This document shows positions 36,709 to 45,279 of a DNA stretch of 61,912 nucleotides, piece by piece. The translations under genes were made by a program, and so were the position numbers. The stretch's first letter is position 1. Every line of letters starts with the position of its first letter. The stretch spans positions 1 through 61,912 of the forward strand of contig JBBSPX010000001.1 in NCBI GenBank assembly GCA_038258395.1, written 5' to 3'. Under the pieces are notes generated by a model. The model did not search any database. It had not been told where the DNA came from and saw nothing but the letters and a program-made list of their open reading frames with translations. The DNA is from Gemmatimonadales bacterium (GTDB lineage: Bacteria > Gemmatimonadota > Gemmatimonadetes > Gemmatimonadales > GWC2-71-9).

Positions 36709-37140
36709 CTATCCCCCCAAGAGCAGGCCATCGACGCTCAGGAACCCTGGGCCAGCGAGCAGCAACCAGATCAGGAGCACGAGGAGCAGGGTCTCCGGCA
36801 GATAGGTCACTTCGCCGAGCCATTCACCGAGGGAGGTCGCCTTCACCGCCGGCAAAAGCGTGGTGATCAGCCCGCCGACCATCACCCCCGAGAGCAGCAC
36901 CGCCGCGACCTGGGTGAACAGGCCAAGCACGAGGGCTATGCCCCCGAGGAACTCGATCCACGACAGCACGGTGGCACTCGCGACAGGAGATGGGAGACCA
37001 GCGGACCGGATCGTCTCCTGCATCTGCTGTCGCTTGGCCGACACGAAGAGCTTGCCGTAGCCGGAGAGGGCGAACATCAGCCCGACGGTGAGCCGCGCAA
37101 GCAACGCAGCTATCCATTCGAAGCGATCAAGAGTGAGCAT
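36709..37140 (-). CDS. DoxX-family membrane protein
   Basis: Track ORF trimmed to ATG 37140. It has four helices, 'RLTVGLMFALSGYGKL' and 'EFLGGIALVLGLFTQVAA', typical of DoxX. Confidence 0.8.
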   Translation of the reverse strand: MLTLDRFEWIAALLARLTVGLMFALSGYGKLFVSAKRQQMQETIRSAGLPSPVASATVLSWIEFLGGIALVLGLFTQVAAVLLSGVMVGGLITTLLPAVKATSLGEWLGEVTYLPETLLLVLLIWLLLAGPGFLSVDGLLLGG

Positions 37141-37251
37141 TGACGATCCTGCTCCTGCATGGGAGGTGCCAATCGGGTTGTCCCGGCGTCTGGGCACCGC
37201 GGCAGCCGGTGGCTGCATCAGTGAAGCACTCAGGACCCGTGCTGTCGTGCA

Positions 37252-37265
37252 ATTCTGAACAGAAT
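37252..37265. promoter_or_regulatory. AT-rich perfect palindrome ATTCTG-AA-CAGAAT (candidate operator)
   Basis: A 6+2+6 perfect inverted repeat in the 299-nt divergent region between DoxX and the hybrid kinase. It stands out against the GC-rich background. Confidence 0.3.
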
Positions 37266-37439
37266 CAAACACGGCTTCGGTGATCATTGCAGGAGAGTCG
37301 CAGATCGTCAAACCCGGTGACCCGCCTCGTCTCGGCTGACCACCTGGGAGGGCGGATCCGTGGTGCACAACCAGTTATCATCCACTGAGGGCTTCGGGGC
37401 AATCGTGGACTGCGATCGGGGCTCCGCCATCGACTTCCG

Positions 37440-40331
37440 ATGGCGAAGGCTCTTCAATTGCTCAGTGACGAAGGATCCCTCGTGCCCAACCCACCAGACG
37501 ACGACGCGCCCCGGCCACAGGGAGATGTCTCGGCCTTGGATACTGCCCACGAGTCGCTCGACCACGCCGCCAACATCCTGGCCACGCTTCGGGAGCCGTT
37601 CCTCATCCTCGACGGTGAACTCCGCGTCATCTCGGCAAACCGGCAATTCTACCAGACGTTCCGCACCACCCCGGAGGCGACGGAGGGTCGGCTGGTCTAC
37701 CAGCTGGGAGACGGGCAGTGGGATATCCCGGCCCTCAGGGTTGCGCTCGACGAGGTGCTCGCCATTGATCATCCCGTCCTCGACTCCGAGGTCCTGCATC
37801 TCTTCGCGGGTCTGGGTCAGAAGTGCATGGTGCTCAATGCACGGCGCATCCGTACACCGGGTAACCCCGCCGAGCTGATCCTGTTGGCGATCGAGGACGC
37901 GACGGAACGTCGGCGGGCGGTGACGCTGATTGAGCAGGAGGCGCTGCTCTCGGGACTCATTGCCCGGGGAGAGCCCACCACTCGATGCCTCGAGGCGCTC
38001 TGTCTGGCGATCGAGCTGGTCGATCCGGAGGTCCGCGTCTGTATCCTTCGGACAGATCGGACCGGCACGCGGTTCGCATCGGTGATCGCGCCACGGTTCC
38101 CCGAGCTGACGACGTTTCTGACATGCGCCCCGATCGAAGTGGGGCAGCTCGGCTCCTACGCCGCGGCGATCGTCAGTGGCGAACCAGTGGCCGTCCCCGA
38201 CGTGGCCAGGCAGACAGAGTGGGCTGAGGCATGGCGGGAAGCATGCCTGAAGGCCAATATCCGCGCAGCACTCTTCGTTCCGGTGGCTGCGGGGGGCCCA
38301 CGTGCAGAGGCCAGCGTGGTGCTCTGCTTCGACGTTTCGAAGGAACCCACAGACTCCGACCGCCAGATCGCCAGTATGGCCGATCGGGCCGTCGCGACGC
38401 TGCTCCTTCGTGACCTCCTTCGGGCGACCGAGCGCCGACGCCGGCTGGCACTCGATTCGGCCGAGCTGGGGTCGTGGCATCTCGGTCTGGATACGATGGA
38501 CCTCGTCACCGACGAGCGCTTCCGGTCGATCTTCAGCAACACGGACGAGTTCCTCACCTACGACCGCGGGATCGATTGCATCCATCCCGATGATCGTGAC
38601 CGGGTGCTCGCTGCCATCGAGGCGGCCGTTCAGACCGACGACCTCGAGCCCCACGCATGCGAGTTTCGCGTAGTGCATCCCGACGGCTCGACCCGCTGGG
38701 TGTTCGCGAAGGGTCGCAAGAACGTGCGTGAGAACCCTGATGAGGGAACACGGGGCACCCTCGATGGCACGATCGTTGACGTCACGGAGCGGTTCGAGAC
38801 AGGCCGTCGCCTGCAGGTGTCCGAACAGCGCTATCGGCGACTCTTCGAGTCGGCCCGCGACGGGATCCTGATTCTCGACGCAGCCAGCATGCGCATCGAG
38901 GATGCCAACCCGTACCTGTGCGAGTTGCTCGGCTATTCGTGGGCAGAGTTCGTCGGCAAGGAACTCTGGGAGATCGGGATCTTGCCCGACAAGCACGAAA
39001 GTCAGGCCGCCGTCGAGACGCTACGAGCCACCGGCTACCTTCGATATGAGGACCTCCCGCTCGAATCGCGGAGTGGTGAGCAGCGAGAGGTGGAGTTCAT
39101 CTGCAACATCTACCCCGAGGGGGAGCGCGATGTCGCCCAGTGCAACATTCGCGATATCACCGAGCGCAAGGCACTGGACCGACAGGTGGAAGAGCAGGCG
39201 AAGTCACTCGCCGACATGAACCGGCGCAAGGACGAATTCCTTGCCATGCTCTCGCACGAGTTGCGCAATCCGATGGCCCCGATCTTCAATGCCCTCACCC
39301 TGCTGGAGCAGGAGAACCACCCCAATGCGCTCCAGCGCGAGGCCCAGGCCGTCATCGGGCGTCAGATCCGTCACCTCTCGCGGTTGACCGATGACCTGCT
39401 CGAGATCTCGCGCGTCACGACGGGGCGCATCAAGCTGCACCTGGAGCGCGTCGACCTGCGTGGGATCGTGGGACTCGCGGTGGAGCGGGTGGAGTCGGTC
39501 GTCACGCGACGATCACAGACGATCACCCTGTCGTTGCCCGACGCGCCGGCCTGGATCAACGCCGACGTGACACGCCTGGAGCAGGTCGTGGGCAACCTGC
39601 TCGCGAACGCGTCGAAGTACAGCGGTCGCGACGGTCGAATCTGGTTGTCGCTGGAAGTGGAAGCGATGCACGCCATACTCCGTGTCCGGGATGACGGCAT
39701 CGGCATCGGCGCGGCCATGCTCCCGCAGGTCTTCGATCTCTTCTCGCAAGCCGACAAGGCGCTCGACCGTGCCGATGGTGGCTTGGGAATCGGGTTGGCA
39801 CTCGTCAAGAGCCTGGTCGAACTGCACGGGGGCACGGCAACAGCCTCGAGTGAAGGGATCGGCCAGGGCAGCGAGTTCGTGGTCAGGTTGCCGATGCGTC
39901 CGGCGTCGAGCCCATCGGACATGCTCGCCGCTCTGCCGGCTCCGTCCGATCGGGGGAGCGCCCACCGCATCCTCATCATCGAGGACAACGCGGACGCAGC
40001 CAGCATGCTGATGCTGCTGCTCGAATCCTGGGGCCATGAAGTGTACGTGGCTCATGACGGTCCCGAAGCGCTGGTGCGGGCGCAGACGTTCAAGCCGGAA
40101 CTGGTGCTGCTCGACATCGGCTTGCCTGGGATGGATGGCTATGCCGTCGCCCGTCGCATTCGGGAACTCCCAGACCTCGGCCACGTCCGAGTGGCCGCGA
40201 TCACTGGCTATGGACAGGAATCCGACCGTCAACTTTCCCTCGCAGCCGGATTCGATGCCCATCTCGTGAAACCGGTCGACATCGACGCGCTCGCAGAGTT
40301 GATCAGCCCCGCCGCGCGGCCGGTCGCCTGA
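37440..40331 (+). CDS. Hybrid sensor histidine kinase (multiple PAS, GAF-like, HisKA, HATPase, C-terminal receiver)
   Basis: PAS blocks 'FLILDGELRVISANRQFYQTF' and 'GILILDAASMRIEDANPYLCELLGY'. H-box 'FLAMLSHELRNPMAPI', G-box 'GGLGIGLALVKSLVELHGG'. Receiver 'RILIIEDNADAA...LLDIGLPGMDG...HLVKP'. Confidence 0.9.
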   Translation: MAKALQLLSDEGSLVPNPPDDDAPRPQGDVSALDTAHESLDHAANILATLREPFLILDGELRVISANRQFYQTFRTTPEATEGRLVYQLGDGQWDIPALRVALDEVLAIDHPVLDSEVLHLFAGLGQKCMVLNARRIRTPGNPAELILLAIEDATERRRAVTLIEQEALLSGLIARGEPTTRCLEALCLAIELVDPEVRVCILRTDRTGTRFASVIAPRFPELTTFLTCAPIEVGQLGSYAAAIVSGEPVAVPDVARQTEWAEAWREACLKANIRAALFVPVAAGGPRAEASVVLCFDVSKEPTDSDRQIASMADRAVATLLLRDLLRATERRRRLALDSAELGSWHLGLDTMDLVTDERFRSIFSNTDEFLTYDRGIDCIHPDDRDRVLAAIEAAVQTDDLEPHACEFRVVHPDGSTRWVFAKGRKNVRENPDEGTRGTLDGTIVDVTERFETGRRLQVSEQRYRRLFESARDGILILDAASMRIEDANPYLCELLGYSWAEFVGKELWEIGILPDKHESQAAVETLRATGYLRYEDLPLESRSGEQREVEFICNIYPEGERDVAQCNIRDITERKALDRQVEEQAKSLADMNRRKDEFLAMLSHELRNPMAPIFNALTLLEQENHPNALQREAQAVIGRQIRHLSRLTDDLLEISRVTTGRIKLHLERVDLRGIVGLAVERVESVVTRRSQTITLSLPDAPAWINADVTRLEQVVGNLLANASKYSGRDGRIWLSLEVEAMHAILRVRDDGIGIGAAMLPQVFDLFSQADKALDRADGGLGIGLALVKSLVELHGGTATASSEGIGQGSEFVVRLPMRPASSPSDMLAALPAPSDRGSAHRILIIEDNADAASMLMLLLESWGHEVYVAHDGPEALVRAQTFKPELVLLDIGLPGMDGYAVARRIRELPDLGHVRVAAITGYGQESDRQLSLAAGFDAHLVKPVDIDALAELISPAARPVA

Positions 40332-40402
40332 ACACCCTGCAGAGCCATGTCGCCGCGCACCTGCGCCACACCGCGCCTGAGATCGTCAACCGGTGGGTAT
40401 CG

Positions 40403-41488
40403 GTGCTCACCGCGCGGCTCGAGGTCGCTCCGAAGCGGACCCTGCCCGGCGACGCGATCCTCGATCTCATGCCTGGCATCCTCGTTGCGGTTGCTGACTT
40501 CCTCGACGGGAAGATCGACGTCCCCATCGATGCCCATGTGCGCACAAACCTTGGCCACCTCGCGGACCTCCGTCGCAAGCAGGGCTGGGGCGCGCCCGAG
40601 GTCATCGCCGAGTTCGGCCTGCTGGGCCACCTGGTGAGCGACGAGGTCGTGGCAGCGATCCAGCACTATCAGGGAGAAGCGCCCCACGCCGATGTCGCAC
40701 GTCTCACGGCCAAGGCCATGGAGACCATTCATCAACTGGGCGTCGCCACGACCATGCGATTTCGGATCTGGGACGTTCGCGATGCGGAGGAGCGTGCAGT
40801 TCTACTCGATACCTACACGGCGATACTGTCCCACGAGCTCGCCTCGCGGCTCGGTGCTGCCGAGACGGCCCTGCAATTGATCCTGCGGGAGGGCGAACGG
40901 CTCTCCGAAGAGCGGTTGCGTCGATTGCATGAATTGACACTCCAGTCCATCCAGAGTGGCTCGGCCACGATGCGGGGCGTGCACGCACTCTTCGCGTCGC
41001 GCGGTCCGAGCTCAACGCCAAGTTCCAGCCGTTTCCCTCTGGCGTCCCTGGTGCGAGACATCGTGCACCAGGTGCGCACCGGCGCAGTGGCACGGGGCAT
41101 CCAGATCGAGGTGGTTCAAGATGGTGCGGACATCGCGGTCGACGCCGAGCGCTTCCCGCTCGCGCTCTACAATCTGGTGAACAACGCGGTCCGACATCAC
41201 GATATACCCGAGGGCCGTGGCACCGTGTGGGTCGAGGTGTCCGGCCACAACGACGAGATTCTCGTGACCGTGCGGGACGATGGGCCCGGCCTCGGCGACG
41301 CCGCGCGCGCCCACCTCTTCAGCCCGGAGATCCGAGAACCATCGGTCGAACGCGCCGGACTCGGTCTGGCGATCGCCTGGGAGGCGATCCGGCAAATGGA
41401 CGGCAGTCTGAGCGTCGATCCACCCGACGGCCGCGGGACAACCTTTCGGATCAGGGTCCCGGTAGCGGGGGAGTCCGCAGGAACCTGA
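40403..41488 (+). CDS. Soluble histidine kinase with RsbRD_N-like N-terminal domain
   Basis: H-box 'AILSHELASRLGAAETAL', N-box 'ALYNLVNNAVRH', G-boxes 'DDGPGLG' and 'GLGLAIAWEAIRQMDGSLSV'. GTG 40403 is the first canonical start, but protein-like in-frame sequence continues upstream (see findings). Confidence 0.85.
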   Translation: MLTARLEVAPKRTLPGDAILDLMPGILVAVADFLDGKIDVPIDAHVRTNLGHLADLRRKQGWGAPEVIAEFGLLGHLVSDEVVAAIQHYQGEAPHADVARLTAKAMETIHQLGVATTMRFRIWDVRDAEERAVLLDTYTAILSHELASRLGAAETALQLILREGERLSEERLRRLHELTLQSIQSGSATMRGVHALFASRGPSSTPSSSRFPLASLVRDIVHQVRTGAVARGIQIEVVQDGADIAVDAERFPLALYNLVNNAVRHHDIPEGRGTVWVEVSGHNDEILVTVRDDGPGLGDAARAHLFSPEIREPSVERAGLGLAIAWEAIRQMDGSLSVDPPDGRGTTFRIRVPVAGESAGT

Positions 41489-41503
41489 CTCGCAGTCCCT
41501 CGT

Positions 41504-42898
41504 TCAGATGCCGTATTTCCTGCGCCGACGCCAGAGCGTCGATGGGGCGACTTCCAGCACTTGTGCGGCCTCCTCCACCGAACCGACCGTCTCGATCACG
41601 TGGCGGATGTAGCGGGCCTCCATCCCCTCGAGCGAGATCAACTCGTCGGGGGCATGCCCCAGGGCACCGTTCGATGCTTCCGAACGAGGCAGCGACTGGA
41701 CCCCGATCCGTGAGCCAGGGGCGAGGATCACGGCACGCTCCACCGCGTTCTGGAGCTCGCGCACGTTCCCCGGCCATGGCAGTTGTTGCAGGTGCTCACG
41801 CGCCTCGTCCGTGAACGCGAGTCCGGCCAGACCATGCCGATTGGCGTAGAACGTGAGGAAGGAGTCCGCCAACGCCAGAATGTCCTCGCGCCGCTGCCGG
41901 AGTGGCGGCAGTTCGAGTCGAATCACGTTGAGACGGTAGAAGAGATCCTCCCGGAACCGGCCTTCGCGGACTTCCCGCTCCAGATTGGCATTGGTTGCGG
42001 CGATCACGCGCACGTCGACCTGACGCGGTTTGGGATCCCCGACCCGTTCATACTCGCGATCCTGGAGGAGCCGGAGCAGGCGGGACTGGATCTGCATCGA
42101 CATCTCTCCCACCTCGTCGAGGAAGAGGGTGCCGCCGCCGGCGAACTCCACCTTGCCGATCTTCGCCTGCACCGCGCCGGTGAACGCGCCCTTCACATGC
42201 CCGAAGAGTTCACTGCCCAGAAGCTCCGGTGAGAGCGATGGACAGCTGACGACGGCAAACGCCCCGTCGGCACGCTTGCTCCATCGATGCATCGCGCGCG
42301 CGAGGACCCCCTTGCCCGTCCCGCTCTCGCCGGTCAGGAGCACCGTGGCATCGGTCTTCGCCGCCGAGTGTGCTGCTGCCAGGAGGTTGGCCATCTCGGG
42401 ATGCGCACTCTCCAGCAGTGGGGCGTGCCAGTCGGCGCGCTCCCGATCCTCGAGGGTGGCGAGGCGACGGACCAGGGCCCGATGCTCCGACACGCGTGCC
42501 GTGAGCACCTCGAGTTCGGCCGGACTGACCGGCTTGGAGATATAGTCGAATGCCCCACGGCGCATGGCCTCGACCGCGGAGGCCACCGTAGCGTATGCGG
42601 TCATCAGCACGACCTGCGTGGTCGCATCGGCCGCGAGCAATTCCGGCAGGAGATCCAACCCGGAGTGGTCATGCAGGCGCAGATCGAGCAGGACGAGATC
42701 GAAATGGCGCGCCGCAATCTGCCGCCGGGCCTCCTCGACCGTCGCCGCCGCGGTCACCGTGTGGCCCCGCGGCTCGAGACACGCGGCAAGAGTCTCCCGT
42801 ACGAGTGGCTCGTCATCGATAGTGAGCACGGTAAGGCTGGCGGCCTGCAGTGGGCCGTCAGGTGGAGTCGATCGTCTCAGGCTCTCGCTCATGGCCAT
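41504..42898 (-). CDS. Sigma-54-dependent response regulator (NtrC-family bEBP)
   Basis: Receiver 'VLTIDDEPLV...LVLLDLRLHDHSG', Walker A 'GESGTGKG', intact 'GAFTGA' loop and C-terminal Fis-type HTH 'AAQVLEVAPSTLWRRRRKYGI'. Start trimmed to ATG 42898 (alternative 42892). Confidence 0.9.
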   Translation of the reverse strand: MAMSESLRRSTPPDGPLQAASLTVLTIDDEPLVRETLAACLEPRGHTVTAAATVEEARRQIAARHFDLVLLDLRLHDHSGLDLLPELLAADATTQVVLMTAYATVASAVEAMRRGAFDYISKPVSPAELEVLTARVSEHRALVRRLATLEDRERADWHAPLLESAHPEMANLLAAAHSAAKTDATVLLTGESGTGKGVLARAMHRWSKRADGAFAVVSCPSLSPELLGSELFGHVKGAFTGAVQAKIGKVEFAGGGTLFLDEVGEMSMQIQSRLLRLLQDREYERVGDPKPRQVDVRVIAATNANLEREVREGRFREDLFYRLNVIRLELPPLRQRREDILALADSFLTFYANRHGLAGLAFTDEAREHLQQLPWPGNVRELQNAVERAVILAPGSRIGVQSLPRSEASNGALGHAPDELISLEGMEARYIRHVIETVGSVEEAAQVLEVAPSTLWRRRRKYGI

Positions 42899-43159
42899 CA
42901 GGCATCCGTGTGGGATGGGACAAGGTACTGGCTCGGTTATCCGAGCTCGCCCACAAGCATAACCCGAGATCCTCCGCCGGGTCGGTGCCCCAGGCCACCC
43001 GTCGTCGACAGGACCACCCTGATCCCGCCGAGCGAGGCCCAACCATCGGTCATCTGGCGCTCAATTGACACACGACTGGCGAGCCAGAACCACGGCGCCA
43101 CATGGGGCCAGCGCCCGGCATCGCCCGCGGGACGCGGTCTTCTCGGGGGCCGCCCCCTC

Positions 43160-43173
43160 GGCACGGCAGTTGC
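43160..43173 (+). promoter_or_regulatory. Sigma-54 (-24/-12) promoter 'GGCACG gcag TTGC'
   Basis: 'ctcGGCACGgcagTTGCcct' has the GG-N10-GC spacing and matches TGGCACG-N4-TTGC at all core positions except the first T. It lies 85 nt upstream of ATG 43258, in the intergenic region next to a GAFTGA-bearing activator gene. Confidence 0.6.
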
Positions 43174-43257
43174 CCTTCAGCAGGTACGGATGGCCCCTCG
43201 GAGACTCCCCGCCGATCTGGCCTTGCCTTCTGTCACAGAGCCACGGAGTTCCATCTC

Positions 43258-43827
43258 ATGACCTGCAATCCTGTGCTTGACCTGGTGATCTACCAGCTTC
43301 GCAACCTCTACAGCGCCGAGATCCAGTTCCAGTTCGCCATGCCGACGATCGTCGAGAGCGCGCGCACTGATCGGCTGGCACGGGCCATCGAGTACGATCG
43401 ACTGGAGTCGGGGGTACGCCTGGAGCGTCTCGAGGCAAGCTGTGCGCATTTCGCTGCCTCGCACAGTGGCGAGCGCTGCCGCGGCATGGAGGGCCTGCTC
43501 GAGGAGCTGCACACCGGCCTGCTGAACCGAGCGGCCGGCGTCGCCGATGACTCCGCCCTGAGGGCCGACTGCCGCTTGGTCTACCAGTTCAAACATGCCA
43601 TGTACACGAATCTGATCGCGCTGTGTCGAGGGATTGGCGAGCGAACGGTCGCGCGCACGCTCGAGCACAACATGGCAGCAGAGGAGGAGCTGATCGTCCT
43701 CCTCGACCATATCGACCGGCACCAGGGCTACCGCGACTCGTACGCCGACCCCACCTCGGGTGCAGCGTATCCACAACTCTACCTCGTCCCCGACGATGCC
43801 GTCGAGGCGAGAGCGTCGAGGAGCTGA
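43258..43827 (+). CDS. DUF892 (YciE/YciF-like) ferritin-like protein, copy B1 (diverged)
   Basis: Track ORF trimmed to ATG 43258 ('ggag' upstream). 'LRNLYSAEIQ', 'CRGMEGLLEEL' and 'LEHNMAAEEELI' align with the canonical copy. The helix-3 block reads 'CRLVYQFKHAMY' instead of 'QRVEHYEMAGY'. Confidence 0.75.
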   Translation: MTCNPVLDLVIYQLRNLYSAEIQFQFAMPTIVESARTDRLARAIEYDRLESGVRLERLEASCAHFAASHSGERCRGMEGLLEELHTGLLNRAAGVADDSALRADCRLVYQFKHAMYTNLIALCRGIGERTVARTLEHNMAAEEELIVLLDHIDRHQGYRDSYADPTSGAAYPQLYLVPDDAVEARASRS

Positions 43828-43829
43828 AG

Positions 43830-44474
43830 ATGACTTTCCAGACTCCGCAAGACCTGCTCGGACATCAGCTCCGCATACTGTATGGCGCCGAGCTGCAGCT
43901 GCTGGCGGCCATGCCATGCCTCATCGAGACGGTGCGCGACCTGCGATTCGCGAACGCACTTGCGGAGCATCGCCTCGCCACCGAAGGCCATGTCACACGG
44001 ATGGAGACCTGCCTCGCGGTGTTGGAGATGCCGCTGGCGTGCGAATTCAGCCATGGGATGCATGGACTGCTGGTGGAAATGCAGGGAGGGGGCGTCAGCA
44101 ATGGTTCGAGGATGCCCGGGCATTATGTACTGGCAAGCCGGTTCCAACTGCTCGAGCGGTTCGAGCTCGCACTGTATGCGAGTGCCTGTACCCTTGCCCG
44201 TGCACTCGATGAAATGCTGATCGCCCACCTCCTCGACCATACGATGTATGAGGAGCGCCGGGCCGAGGCAATCTGGCTGGACATCGCGCTTGATGAGCTC
44301 GGCGCAGACGCTTTCGTCTCGCCTATGCTGGTCGATACCGTATCGGTTCCGACACCACGCCTGACTGGATGGGGAGGCCTTGCGACTCGTGTGGCCTCAC
44401 CCGTCATGCACGGTCTGGCCCCCGTGCTGTCCGGGCGGCAGGACGACACGGGCCTCCGTCTGCTCTCTCGCTGA
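43830..44474 (+). CDS. DUF892-like protein, copy B2 (diverged)
   Basis: ATG 43830 lies 2 nt after the B1 stop, with SD 'gaggag'. Blocks are '[10 protein letters not shown]', '[11 protein letters not shown]', '[12 protein letters not shown]' and '[12 protein letters not shown]'. Confidence 0.75.
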   Translation: MTFQTPQDLLGHQLRILYGAELQLLAAMPCLIETVRDLRFANALAEHRLATEGHVTRMETCLAVLEMPLACEFSHGMHGLLVEMQGGGVSNGSRMPGHYVLASRFQLLERFELALYASACTLARALDEMLIAHLLDHTMYEERRAEAIWLDIALDELGADAFVSPMLVDTVSVPTPRLTGWGGLATRVASPVMHGLAPVLSGRQDDTGLRLLSR

Positions 44475-44481
44475 GGTTCGT

Positions 44482-44646
44482 ATGCTACGCTGGGCAATCC
44501 TGTTCTTCGTGCTGGCGATCATCGCCGGTGTGTTCGGTTTCGGTGGCGTAGCCACGGCGTCGGCGGGAATCGCCAAGACCCTCTTCGTGGTCTTCTTGAT
44601 CATCTTCGTCGTCACACTGGTCCTCGGGCGCGGGCGCGGTGGTTGA
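44482..44646 (+). CDS. DUF1328 (YtjA-like) small membrane protein
   Basis: The 54-aa '[44 protein letters not shown]' is near-identical in pattern to the copy at 55699..55872. Confidence 0.85.
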   Translation: MLRWAILFFVLAIIAGVFGFGGVATASAGIAKTLFVVFLIIFVVTLVLGRGRGG

Positions 44647-44691
44647 TTGGGAATCTGACGTCAATACCGTCAGCACGCGCAGGCTGCGATC

Positions 44692-45210
44692 ATGACACTC
44701 GACCTGCACCGGCAGCTACTCACGCTCGGGTTGAGCGAGCTTCACGGCACGGAGTCGCTGTTGCTCGGGGAACTGCCCCTGCTCATCCGGAAGTCACACA
44801 GTGCTCGCCTGGCGAACGCGCTCGCGGCTCTTCGGTTGCAGACCGAGGTCCAGCTCCTCCGTCTTGAGGCCTGCCTGAATTGCGGCCGCAATGCGGTTCG
44901 GCCGGTTCCGAGTCTCGGAATGCGGGGTCTGATCCGCGAGATGCGCACCGATGCACGCGTCGCAGGCCACGCCGACGTGCAGGACGCCGCACTCCTGGGC
45001 AATGGCCGCCGAGTCGTGCAGTGGCAACTCGGGATGTATGCGAACACCCGTCGGGTGGCCCATGCCCTGGATGAGTCGGCCATCGTCCGCTGGCTCGATC
45101 AGGGTATCGCTGAGGAACAACGCGCCGACGTGATCCTGACCCGGATCATGGCCGAAGAGGTGGGCCCCGCCGCCTGTCGCGCCACCACGGCGTTCACCGC
45201 GACTACATGA
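44692..45210 (+). CDS. DUF892-like protein, copy B3 (most diverged)
   Basis: 'LSELHGTESL', 'SLGMRGLIREM', 'RRVVQWQLGMY' and 'QGIAEEQRAD' are in the same order and spacing as the DUF892 blocks, but several conserved Glu/His positions are replaced. Confidence 0.65.
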   Translation: MTLDLHRQLLTLGLSELHGTESLLLGELPLLIRKSHSARLANALAALRLQTEVQLLRLEACLNCGRNAVRPVPSLGMRGLIREMRTDARVAGHADVQDAALLGNGRRVVQWQLGMYANTRRVAHALDESAIVRWLDQGIAEEQRADVILTRIMAEEVGPAACRATTAFTATT

Positions 45211-45230
45211 TCGGCATAGCTGGCGTGGCA

Positions 45231-45279
45231 CATCCTTCATCCTTCATCCTTCATCCTTCATCCTTCATCCTTAATCCTT
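45231..45279. repeat. Heptamer tandem repeat CATCCTT x6 + AATCCTT (AAGGATG on the minus strand)
   Basis: A perfect head-to-tail array, read directly. It contains the TGA stop (45251-45253) and the last 9 codons of the minus-strand fusion gene, and begins 21 nt after the stop of the plus-strand gene 44692..45210. Confidence 0.95.

Noticed and set aside
37308-38996. 562-aa minus-strand ORF antisense to the hybrid histidine kinase
   Set aside because: It has an Arg/Gly/Pro/His-rich composition and no motifs. The plus strand carries clear PAS/HisKA/HATPase/receiver signatures across the same DNA.
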